Virus record (IMG/VR): IMGVR_UViG_3300035670_000291
Location: 1 to 52,487 of that record
DNA length: 52,487 nt
From: a virus
Lineage: Duplodnaviria; Caudoviricetes
Strand: one strand, 5' to 3'
Position numbers and translations under genes: made by a program
In this document: one piece after another, positions 40,162 to 47,781 of the stretch
Layout of the letters: each line of letters starts with the position of its first letter
How positions within the stretch are numbered: position 1 is the stretch's first letter
The notes under the pieces: generated by a model
The model's input: only the letters and a program-made list of their open reading frames with translations
What the model was told of the DNA's origin: nothing
The model's database searches: none

Positions 40162-40542
40162 TTAACCAAGCTTTAAGGTTAATTTTTTGGGTTTGGCTTC
40201 CTCTCTTTTTTCCAAAGTAATTAGAAGAATACCATTTTTGATTTCGGCTTTTGCTTTTGTTCCATCAAAAACTTTACTGACTCGGATCGTTTCATCTATA
40301 TCAGCGACAATTTTATTAAAAGTTTCGTTTCCTTCTTCTTTCTTTGCTTTTACATGAATTTTATCCTCATAACAACTAATATCAATGTTTTTAGGGTCAT
40401 GTCCTAAAACGGATAAAGCAATTGTTGCAAGGTCATCTTTTACATCTACTGCAAATTTTGAAGGGACAAATGTAGTTGAATGATTTTCCCAAGTTGTGTT
40501 TGTTTCATTGAACAATTCATCAAATAATTTTGAATAATACAT
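40162..40542 (-). CDS. Small heat-shock protein (Hsp20/alpha-crystallin)
   Basis: VLGHDPKNIDI...AKAEIKNGILLITLEK...KKLTL. Confidence 0.88.
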   Translation of the reverse strand: MYYSKLFDELFNETNTTWENHSTTFVPSKFAVDVKDDLATIALSVLGHDPKNIDISCYEDKIHVKAKKEEGNETFNKIVADIDETIRVSKVFDGTKAKAEIKNGILLITLEKREEAKPKKLTLKLG

Positions 40543-40628
40543 GATTTTAAATTTTTTTAGTTAATAAATTTAGTTATATAGTTCAATTTCAATACCAACT
40601 ATTAAAATCGGAAAAAATGTCATTAAAA

Positions 40629-41279
40629 TTATAGATTTATGTTATTTTGTCTTTCAATTATAGTAGACATGTGGTCTGCCCAATGCATAATAAACTGTAA
40701 TTTATATTTCAATTGCTTTTTAATATCATGCCCCTTCAGATACTTTTGATTATCTTCATCGTACATACCATCGGTAAGTTTTATTGCAAAGTATTCTTTT
40801 TCATTATATTGAATACCATAGTGGTTTAATGTATAAAAAGTTCTATCGGTAAGAGTCATATATGATATTTCTTCATTTCTTTTAAACAAATGACCACCGT
40901 TTTTAATTTGCCAATCATTATCATTTGGAATGTAATGTATCTGACCTTTGATACCTAACTTTCCTAAATCGTGATGGAAACAACTGAATATAAGTTCTTC
41001 ATCGGAAAAATCTATTTCACCACCTTGTGAAATAAATAACTCTTTCATTTTTAATGCAGACTTTGTTACATTCAATATGTGGTCTATATATCCACCAATA
41101 TATGCATTATGGTAATGTTTGGAACCAGATGCTGGTGATAGGGTTAAATTAATACCCAATTCTTCTTCAGAGTACATATGTAGTAACTTTTCCAATCTAT
41201 CGCCTGTAAAGGATTTCTTTATGAAGGTGATAAACCTATCATAGTTTTGTTTTAATTCTTGTTCTGTTTTTTGTTTCAT
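40629..41279 (-). CDS. HD-domain phosphohydrolase (YhaM-like HD motif layout)
   Basis: PAS...HNAYIGGYIDH, HHDLGKLG, HWADH. Confidence 0.85.
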   Translation of the reverse strand: MKQKTEQELKQNYDRFITFIKKSFTGDRLEKLLHMYSEEELGINLTLSPASGSKHYHNAYIGGYIDHILNVTKSALKMKELFISQGGEIDFSDEELIFSCFHHDLGKLGIKGQIHYIPNDNDWQIKNGGHLFKRNEEISYMTLTDRTFYTLNHYGIQYNEKEYFAIKLTDGMYDEDNQKYLKGHDIKKQLKYKLQFIMHWADHMSTIIERQNNINL

Positions 41280-41282
41280 GTT

Positions 41283-41603
41283 TTAATGTTTAAGTAATAA
41301 ATCTTTTTTAGTAATTATTTTATATAAAATTTCAACTTCTTCTTCACTCATCAATTCTGGCAAATCTTCCTCAAACAATCTCAATGTATAAACCACTTCA
41401 CCATTTTCATCCTGAAATTCATCTGATTCTGAACTAAATAATGCAGGAACGGATTCTACATCATTCAATTCATCTTCCGATATTTCAATCAAAGGAATCA
41501 TATAATAATGATATGAACCATCTTCATCCGATGCATCTACTCTATGCGCTTTCCATTTTTGAAAACTTGCTTCTGTTATTGGTGTTTCAGGAACTATTAT
41601 CAT
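41283..41603 (-). CDS. Acidic hypothetical protein
   Basis: 106 aa in the operon. Confidence 0.65.
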   Translation of the reverse strand: MIIVPETPITEASFQKWKAHRVDASDEDGSYHYYMIPLIEISEDELNDVESVPALFSSESDEFQDENGEVVYTLRLFEEDLPELMSEEEVEILYKIITKKDLLLKH

Positions 41604-41863
41604 TATAATGTATCTTTTAAAATATCTCTATAATTTTTATCAGATTCTTCCCACTTCTTCAATGGGCAAGAATTGTATATGGGTGAAAATATCTTTTTAT
41701 TAATTGGACATCCGCAATTACCACAAACAATTACATTTATAACATTTGTTTTAATGTGTTCGCACCCATTACATATTTCCAATCTATTCAATGCTATTTC
41801 TTTCTCTTTTTCTGATCCTGTAAACGAACTAAACCAGGCTCTTACTATTTCTTTTACATTCAT
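41603..41863 (-). CDS. Small Cys-rich metal-binding protein
   Basis: RLEICNGC...CGNCGC...CPLKKW. Confidence 0.7.
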   Translation of the reverse strand: MNVKEIVRAWFSSFTGSEKEKEIALNRLEICNGCEHIKTNVINVIVCGNCGCPINKKIFSPIYNSCPLKKWEESDKNYRDILKDTL

Positions 41864-42162
41864 AATTTACTTTTTATTTCTTCGATATACTTACATCTTT
41901 CATATAATTCTAAATTAATAAATTTACCTTCAATGAAATCCAATAACTCCGCATATTCTTCCCTACGGATTGTTACATAAAACGGAAAATTCTTATATTT
42001 GAAAATGATTATCTCTTTAGCAGATTTATTCTTTTTGAAATTATTGATTATATCAACAATCTCATCCATAATATCTACGGATAAATTCATAGTGTGGATT
42101 ACATCTGACCAATGATACTTAACATATCCTTTTTCAATCTTACTCAACACTTTTACATTCAT
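41860..42162 (-). CDS. Hypothetical protein with UVR-like C-terminal helix pair
   Basis: LELYERCKYI; probable start ATG 42162. Confidence 0.6.
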   Translation of the reverse strand: MNVKVLSKIEKGYVKYHWSDVIHTMNLSVDIMDEIVDIINNFKKNKSAKEIIIFKYKNFPFYVTIRREEYAELLDFIEGKFINLELYERCKYIEEIKSKL

Positions 42163-42165
42163 AAC

Positions 42166-42196
42166 CAAATATACAACTATTTTTTCACTTTACAAA
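42166..42196 (-). promoter_or_regulatory. Bacteroidetes sigmaA-type promoter
   Basis: TTTG-N19-TATATTTG; 25 nt (42168-42192) identical to 47748-47772. Confidence 0.7.
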
Positions 42197-42280
42197 ATAG
42201 AAATAAAGGGGCGGGGGTTGGGGGGAAAGTCGGATTTTTACAAATTTTTCCAGAAATCCAAGAAATTTCCAAAAATAGTA

Positions 42281-43090
42281 TTAAACTACAGTTGAACCAG
42301 TTACCGGTGGTAATTGTAATCCAATGGTATCATAACTCTTAAACAATACAGTATGCGTCGAATCTTCCTCTGCCGATGCTACTCTCGATATAGTTGTAGT
42401 TCCGTTATTAGGTGGTAGGGTTGCGTTAAAGAACACATACTTAATAGAATTGAAATCTTCCCTTAACAGTTTTAATCTTTGAGATACACCACCCAAAAAC
42501 TCCGTTAGTTTTGCTCTATCCAAATAGTTATCCTTTTGTTTAGTAGCAGTTACAAGAACATCAATAGAATAATCGCCGGCAAATTTCCAATTCCAAAGAG
42601 TAAACACATCCGCCGGTGGGATATCTCTATTTTCATTCAAAAAATAATTTACTTGCTCCAAAACACTTTTTGGTATTCCACTCACCAATTCACCTTCGTA
42701 TAGATAATCAACGGAATCAACGCCGGCATTACGATTCTTTATATCTCTTTCTTCTCCTTTTATAGCAAGACCGGTAGTGGTAATTTTGATTATCGGTATT
42801 CCTCCACCCAACATTACTCCATTTACAGGCCCTACCTTTAAGGGTGAGTAATGCAAGTTTCCAGATACTTCTGCTTCTCCTATATCAGTTAGGGTTTGGG
42901 GGGAACAAACATTCACTCCATCTATATTCACAATAATTCCATCTACTTCTAATAAGGGTAGAGGGGCTGGGGTAAGGGGAGGAGCAAACGGTATGTTTAG
43001 AGGGGGTACTCCACTACCGGCCGAAATTACCCAACCATTAGTTCCTTTACTATATCTTTGTGGATTACTATTTAATATCGGTGCTGCCAT
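42281..43090 (-). CDS. Hypothetical protein
   Basis: 269-aa ORF. Confidence 0.65.
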   Translation of the reverse strand: MAAPILNSNPQRYSKGTNGWVISAGSGVPPLNIPFAPPLTPAPLPLLEVDGIIVNIDGVNVCSPQTLTDIGEAEVSGNLHYSPLKVGPVNGVMLGGGIPIIKITTTGLAIKGEERDIKNRNAGVDSVDYLYEGELVSGIPKSVLEQVNYFLNENRDIPPADVFTLWNWKFAGDYSIDVLVTATKQKDNYLDRAKLTEFLGGVSQRLKLLREDFNSIKYVFFNATLPPNNGTTTISRVASAEEDSTHTVLFKSYDTIGLQLPPVTGSTVV

Positions 43091-43343
43091 TTAATATCTT
43101 TTTATAGAACGTACTTTCTTTCTCTCTTTTATCTCTTCCTTTTTCCATCTTCAAAACCTTTCTTCTAAATTCTTTGTATTCTCCGTTAACGATTGCTTTT
43201 GCTATAACCTTATTCACATTTATATCATCCATCTTTATTCCTCTTCCGATTCTTTTATCCGATGGAGGTGCCATATACGATGCTACACCCGTTGAGCATC
43301 CAAAGGTTCTTGCTACGTTGATATATGTTTCTTCTCGTAACAC
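43068..43343 (-). CDS. Basic hypothetical protein
   Basis: 91 aa, GTG start. Confidence 0.55.
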   Translation of the reverse strand: MLREETYINVARTFGCSTGVASYMAPPSDKRIGRGIKMDDINVNKVIAKAIVNGEYKEFRRKVLKMEKGRDKREKESTFYKKILNGSTDIK

Positions 43344-43344
43344 C

Positions 43345-43488
43345 TTATCCTTTTGATTGGGTTAATGGGGTTATCATACTTAACGCAATCGCATTCAATA
43401 CTTTTTGATTATCCTCTACTAACTTCTTCCACTTTAATCCGTTCTTTCTACTTTTCATTGGTCTGGGTTTGGGTTGCTTCTTTGCCAT
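43345..43488 (-). CDS. 47-aa basic peptide
   Basis: MAKKQPKPRPMKSRKNGLKWKK...; fits between its neighbours with 1-2 nt gaps. Confidence 0.6.
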   Translation of the reverse strand: MAKKQPKPRPMKSRKNGLKWKKLVEDNQKVLNAIALSMITPLTQSKG

Positions 43489-43490
43489 AC

Positions 43491-44315
43491 TTATTTAGTT
43501 TTCTTTTTACTGAATGTTAGAATTTTACCTCTTGCATCTGGTTTCCATTGGTTTACTGTTATTACTTCTCCGGATACCATGCTCTTCAATTTTTCTTCTA
43601 TCTTTTTAATTTCCTTTTCCTTTGATGTCTTTGCTGTTGGTGCGTAATCACTTATATAGGATGTATCCCATATAACATCTATCAATTGGATTTCGTTCAC
43701 CAAAAATTCGTTCCAATCTGCGTAAGTATTATCCATATCTGCGAAATAACTCAATATATCCTTTTTATGGGTTTTAGCGAATTTAGTTGCTACATCTATA
43801 TAATCCTTTAAGAATTTACGGATTTCTTTATTTTGTTCATCACCAAATGTTTCCATATGTGATATCTCTCTTCCTCTTTGTTTGAATTTGTTTTTACTAA
43901 ATTCACTGGCCCATAATGTATAAATGTTACTATGAGTTTCATCACGAAAATTAAGCCATCTTCTTCCTTCGTTATCTGGTTTAGACATAATATCATCCAA
44001 TCCTTTCACCAACAAAGTTCCTTCTAAATAAAACAATACACCATCTTCCCATATTCCCATTAATCCATTACTGATTGTACTATTTGGTACTTTGGTTGTT
44101 GTACTTATAGTCTTTTTAGTTCCCTGTAATCCGTTTAGTTGATCTAATCTTTTTATAGATGTTATATGAAATGTTCTAACACGTTTACCTTTATTCAACA
44201 TCTTTCCTATTTCAGGTGTTATTGGAAATGCCTCATTCATCCAAGCCAATTCAAATGCGTGCTTCACCCATTGTGCGTCTACACCTTCCAATAATAAATC
44301 CTTTAACTTTATCAT
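43491..44315 (-). CDS. Hypothetical protein with MIKLK-x-LL-x-E leader (candidate internal head protein)
   Basis: Begins MIKLKDLLLE; RTFHIT...ISTTT...WNEFLV. Confidence 0.65.
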   Translation of the reverse strand: MIKLKDLLLEGVDAQWVKHAFELAWMNEAFPITPEIGKMLNKGKRVRTFHITSIKRLDQLNGLQGTKKTISTTTKVPNSTISNGLMGIWEDGVLFYLEGTLLVKGLDDIMSKPDNEGRRWLNFRDETHSNIYTLWASEFSKNKFKQRGREISHMETFGDEQNKEIRKFLKDYIDVATKFAKTHKKDILSYFADMDNTYADWNEFLVNEIQLIDVIWDTSYISDYAPTAKTSKEKEIKKIEEKLKSMVSGEVITVNQWKPDARGKILTFSKKKTK

Positions 44316-44668
44316 TACTTCTGTTTGTGTTTAATTATTAGTTCACCTAATACTTCTATTAGTCCAACTAATTTCTGAAATTCAATTTGTTCGAAACCAT
44401 CTGCTTCCGTTATACCACAAAGGGTATTCAAATAATTAGTATATTCAGTTTCTGCCATTTTACAATCAAACATACCATCAACTGCGTTTTGGTAGTATGG
44501 TAGTTTAACTACAAAGTGGTTATAAGTTAAAAGTGCGGGTCCACCTTTCTCTTTTGCGTTCTCTGCTATCTTCGTTGCTCCCTCTAATCTTTTTTTACAA
44601 AATTCTATGAACTCTTTGTTATCTACTTTAACTTCTTCTTGTTCTAACAATGATTTTAACTTAATCAT
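44315..44668 (-). CDS. Hypothetical protein with MIKLKSLLE leader
   Basis: Leader shared with the neighbour, body unrelated. Confidence 0.65.
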   Translation of the reverse strand: MIKLKSLLEQEEVKVDNKEFIEFCKKRLEGATKIAENAKEKGGPALLTYNHFVVKLPYYQNAVDGMFDCKMAETEYTNYLNTLCGITEADGFEQIEFQKLVGLIEVLGELIIKHKQK

Positions 44669-44673
44669 ATTAA

Positions 44674-44892
44674 TTATATTTTACCCTTAACATCTTTTAA
44701 TGAACTATTAACTCTGTCTACAATTTTGGATAAATCATTTATCATAGATTTATCAATCCTATCCATCTTCATTTTATTCATTACATTAATTACACTTTCT
44801 AATGTTTTCAACTCATGCATTAATGGATATAGGAGTATTTCTTTCTCTAACTTTTGTTTTTGTTTTTCCTTTTCTTTAATTGATTCTGCCAT
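44674..44892 (-). CDS. Helical hypothetical protein
   Basis: 72 aa; ATATTTAT at 44907-44914. Confidence 0.6.
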   Translation of the reverse strand: MAESIKEKEKQKQKLEKEILLYPLMHELKTLESVINVMNKMKMDRIDKSMINDLSKIVDRVNSSLKDVKGKI

Positions 44893-44989
44893 CTTAAACG
44901 TTTCATATAAATATCCCTTACAAAAATAAATCCTCTTAAATCACCTTATGATGTGTCAACACATATATCAAAAAAACTCATATAGGGAA

Positions 44990-45200
44990 AAAACTTGACC
45001 GGGATATATTTACGTGTCCGACCGGGGTTCACGCGAATGCGTTTCTTCCAGTTACACGTAATTCAGTGCGCGTGAGTGTGGGTAGTCCTCTGTAACGTAG
45101 ACCAGTTGTGCGTTGCCGGGATGGCACAAGAATCCCGTTGCAACCTTTCGGTCACAACGGGTTCACCCATTAGTTGGGGCTACTCTCGCACGGCATGCAA
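44990..45200 (-). other. GC-rich structured non-coding island (candidate ncRNA, terminator or packaging site)
   Basis: Minus-strand CCCGTTGTGACC-GAAA-GGTTGCAACGGG hairpin (45134-45161) plus two interleaved inverted repeats. Confidence 0.5.
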
Positions 45201-45230
45201 TGTTTTGTGTATATAGTACCTACATACAAA

Positions 45231-45452
45231 TTATTTTATTTTGTTACATAGTTTGAATGTAGCAATCCATTCATCACTATTAAATAAGTTTATCATTCTT
45301 TCCTTATTGTTTCTATGTAGTGTTTCATCTACATAGTGTGCAGATATCCTTAGTTCTTTACACCAAGTCTGGAAAGATTTTTGTTTCATTGTTTCTGTTC
45401 TCTCTTTATCTATTTGTTTTAGTCTTTCGTCTGATATAGTGTGTGAGTACAT
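45231..45452 (-). CDS. Hypothetical protein
   Basis: Probable start MYSHTIS at 45452. Confidence 0.55.
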   Translation of the reverse strand: MYSHTISDERLKQIDKERTETMKQKSFQTWCKELRISAHYVDETLHRNNKERMINLFNSDEWIATFKLCNKIK

Positions 45453-45487
45453 TTGAAGTAAATTTATTTTTATTAAGGTTGTCAAAA

Positions 45488-45655
45488 TTACTTTTCTAGA
45501 TCCTTATCACTAACCCAATTGTTTCGCCAATACTTTGAAAACTTTGTGTTAGGATATTTTTCAGTTATTCCTTCACCAATGATAATAGCAAATAGTGTAC
45601 CCATACCCAATGAATAACAAAGGATGAATAGCTGTATAAAAAAATTCATTTTCAT
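45488..45655 (-). CDS. 55-aa membrane peptide
   Basis: MKMNFFIQLFILCYSLGMGTLFAIIIGE...; not in the track. Confidence 0.6.
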   Translation of the reverse strand: MKMNFFIQLFILCYSLGMGTLFAIIIGEGITEKYPNTKFSKYWRNNWVSDKDLEK

Positions 45656-45658
45656 AAA

Positions 45659-45889
45659 TTAAGCTTTTGCCTTTGGTGGGTTATTAATAAATTGTTGAGT
45701 TAAAATTTCATCTTCATTCTCCGCCAACATTTCATCCATTTCATCATGTGTTTTTAAGATTTGAATTGCGTAACGAATTTCATTTAACTTTTCACTTGCG
45801 GCATATTTAGGTTTGCCATCCTTCATTGCTTTTATCTTTTTCATCATTACAACTTCACTATGTTGTAAAATTTCAATTGCTTCTTGCAT
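45659..45889 (-). CDS. Hypothetical protein
   Basis: 76 aa, A-rich leader. Confidence 0.65.
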   Translation of the reverse strand: MQEAIEILQHSEVVMMKKIKAMKDGKPKYAASEKLNEIRYAIQILKTHDEMDEMLAENEDEILTQQFINNPPKAKA

Positions 45890-45900
45890 ATCTTATTTGT

Positions 45901-46074
45901 TTAATTGTTATTGAAATATAGTAACTCAACTACTTCGGCGTGATCGTAATAACCCATATCCTCAAACAGGGAGTAAGCTCCATCTGCATCTGAAGCGGAT
46001 ACTACTTCCATTACTTCACTTACAACGTTATCGCCATAATTACTAATTGCTTCAGCTATTAATTGTTTTGTCAT
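45901..46074 (-). CDS. 57-aa acidic protein
   Basis: MTKQLIAEAISNYGDNVVSEVME...; fills the gap; not in the track. Confidence 0.6.
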   Translation of the reverse strand: MTKQLIAEAISNYGDNVVSEVMEVVSASDADGAYSLFEDMGYYDHAEVVELLYFNNN

Positions 46075-46077
46075 TGT

Positions 46078-46287
46078 TTATTTATTTTTATTTATCATTT
46101 CCCAAATTTCTGCAACGGATTCGGCAACATAATTAGTTGATACCATTGCACCTCTGCTTTCTATCTTTGTACAACTATATTGTTCACCTGTGTGGACCTT
46201 CAGTATAAATGGATTCATTTCAATAACACTTTCAGTTCCTATTAGGACCGGTGCATCGGTTCGGACGTTTGTTAATTTTAATATCAT
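46078..46287 (-). CDS. Small beta-rich hypothetical protein
   Basis: MILKLT...YVAESVAEIWEMI. Confidence 0.65.
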   Translation of the reverse strand: MILKLTNVRTDAPVLIGTESVIEMNPFILKVHTGEQYSCTKIESRGAMVSTNYVAESVAEIWEMINKNK

Positions 46288-46694
46288 TTCACTTTGTTTA
46301 TTTTATTTTTTAATTCATTCCAACATACTGGCGTCCATTTCATTTCAGCATATCTTGCTTGCCTTTCATATGGGTTGCGAGAATAACTGCCGGGAAACTT
46401 ATGATACTTTGTAAGTATTGGTTGATTCTGATGAGTCCATTCATGAATACATGTTGATATTAATTCCTCAACATCTTCACAATTATTCCAAAAGATATAC
46501 ACTTCATTGTCGGTTGCGTCATACTCACCACATGTGCCATCTTCATCCCATCCCTTTCGTACATACCAAATCGGTTCCCATTTTTTTCTACCATTCACTC
46601 CTAAATTTTTCTTGCACCATCGCAAAGCCATATTAGCAATTCTAACCGACTGCACACGACCTAATGATTCTATCTGCGTATTAAGCTCAATCAT
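46284..46694 (-). CDS. Zincin-like metallopeptidase
   Basis: GEYD...VYI...CIHEWTH...NPYERQA. Confidence 0.8.
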   Translation of the reverse strand: MIELNTQIESLGRVQSVRIANMALRWCKKNLGVNGRKKWEPIWYVRKGWDEDGTCGEYDATDNEVYIFWNNCEDVEELISTCIHEWTHQNQPILTKYHKFPGSYSRNPYERQARYAEMKWTPVCWNELKNKINKVK

Positions 46695-46710
46695 TCCACA
46701 TTGTTTTAAT

Positions 46711-46746
46711 TAAAAAAGAAAGGTAGCGTTCTCGTACGCTACCTTT
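46711..46746 (-). terminator. Intrinsic terminator
   Basis: AAAGGTAGCGT/ACGCTACCTTT 11-bp stem followed by CTTTTTT on minus. Confidence 0.85.
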
Positions 46747-46823
46747 GAAATTGGTAAAGCTTTATTTTGTAAAGTAAAAGAGAATAACCATTAAATAATC
46801 GAGATGCGTTACCATTAGTTTAG

Positions 46824-46894
46824 AGCGACGGGTAGGAATTGAACCCCTCCTTCCGGCTGGAATGCCAGATGTGCAACCATTACACTTCCATCGC
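46824..46894 (-). tRNA. Atypical tRNA-Gly (TCC-like) with an 8-nt anticodon loop
   Basis: Acceptor GCGATGG/CCGTCGC, U73, D-arm GTGT/GCAC, anticodon stem TCTGG/CCGGA with loop CATTCCAG, T-loop TTCAATT; no encoded CCA. Confidence 0.75.
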
Positions 46895-46899
46895 TTGTT

Positions 46900-46941
46900 G
46901 TGGGTTGGCCGGCTGAATACTAAGCCGGCCAATACTCCCAC
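46900..46941. other. Strong hairpin immediately 5' of the tRNA
   Basis: TTGGCCGGCT/AGCCGGCCAA (46905-46932) extended by GTGGG/CCCAC. Confidence 0.7.
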
Positions 46942-46945
46942 TAAA

Positions 46946-47308
46946 TTACTTAATCGGTTGTAATGATTGATTATCACCAGAGCCACCGCCAACTGGTTCA
47001 ACAACTGAATCAGATGTACTTGCAACTGAATCAACTACAACGGTATCAACCAATACGTCAGATGCTACTGAATCTTGTGTTGCTTGTTCACCTGAACCTG
47101 CACACGCCATAAAGCTCATTGAAAGTACAAGTGCCATTGCACCAATCTTTGCTTTGCTTACGAAAGTACTCAAACGTTTTGCGTTATACAATGCACGGGT
47201 AGTAAAGAAATCTCTCTTTTGTTCACTCGTTGCAGTTGCTGCTTCGTTTAGGTTGTTCACTAATTCTGTTACCTGATAATCTACTTTTGACTTAATTGTC
47301 TTAGCCAT
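46946..47308 (-). CDS. Putative lipoprotein with clustered D-S/T-V motifs
   Basis: KAKIGAMALVLSMSFMA-C lipobox-like segment followed by DSV, DTV, DSV, DSV. Confidence 0.7.
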   Translation of the reverse strand: MAKTIKSKVDYQVTELVNNLNEAATATSEQKRDFFTTRALYNAKRLSTFVSKAKIGAMALVLSMSFMACAGSGEQATQDSVASDVLVDTVVVDSVASTSDSVVEPVGGGSGDNQSLQPIK

Positions 47309-47391
47309 AAAAATTGTTTTTGGTCCACTCGTTTATTTAATCTTCAAACTCCATATTGACGGGACCGTTATCAATACTTCATTTGTTATTT

Positions 47392-47423
47392 GTAATATAG
47401 GTAAATTTATTTAGTTTACCAAA
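47392..47423 (-). promoter_or_regulatory. Variant sigmaA-type promoter
   Basis: TTTG-N20-TATATTAC; TTTGGTAAA shared with other promoters here. Confidence 0.55.
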
Positions 47424-47720
47424 TTATTTTCTTGGTTTCTTTGGTTCGGTTTTTAGTTCTTTCAAAACTTCCTGAACATCTGCGGTTATATTAATCGGCA
47501 TGTTTGTAATTTGCGAAGGAATTTCTACAATTGGATTAACTTCTTCAATTCTAACAACTGCGGTACAGCTAGCTGGATACAAAGCAATCTGTGCCCATTG
47601 GTCATCTTTATTCTTTACCCAAAAAATAACCATTCCATTTTCAATAGTATGCGCTTCTGCTTCTACTGTTTCGGTATGTAATTGGTTCAACCCAAATACC
47701 TGTAATTTAAATCTTTTCAT
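47424..47720 (-). CDS. Hypothetical protein
   Basis: Probable start MKRFKL at 47720 after AAATAAAGTT. Confidence 0.6.
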   Translation of the reverse strand: MKRFKLQVFGLNQLHTETVEAEAHTIENGMVIFWVKNKDDQWAQIALYPASCTAVVRIEEVNPIVEIPSQITNMPINITADVQEVLKELKTEPKKPRK

Positions 47721-47745
47721 AACTTTATTTCTTATTTGATTAACA

Positions 47746-47777
47746 CTAATATACAACTATTTTTTCACTTTACCAAA
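47746..47777 (-). promoter_or_regulatory. Variant sigmaA-type promoter
   Basis: TTTG-N20-TATATTAG. Confidence 0.6.
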
Positions 47778-47781
47778 TTTA

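Noticed and set aside
3649-44914. T4-type TATAAATA promoters firing on the plus strand
   Set aside because: They would point away from the adjacent start codons, and the motif flips for the one plus-strand gene; antisense use is not formally excluded.
46762-47034. 90-aa minus ORF
   Set aside because: Overlaps the tRNA, the hairpin and the lipoprotein gene end.
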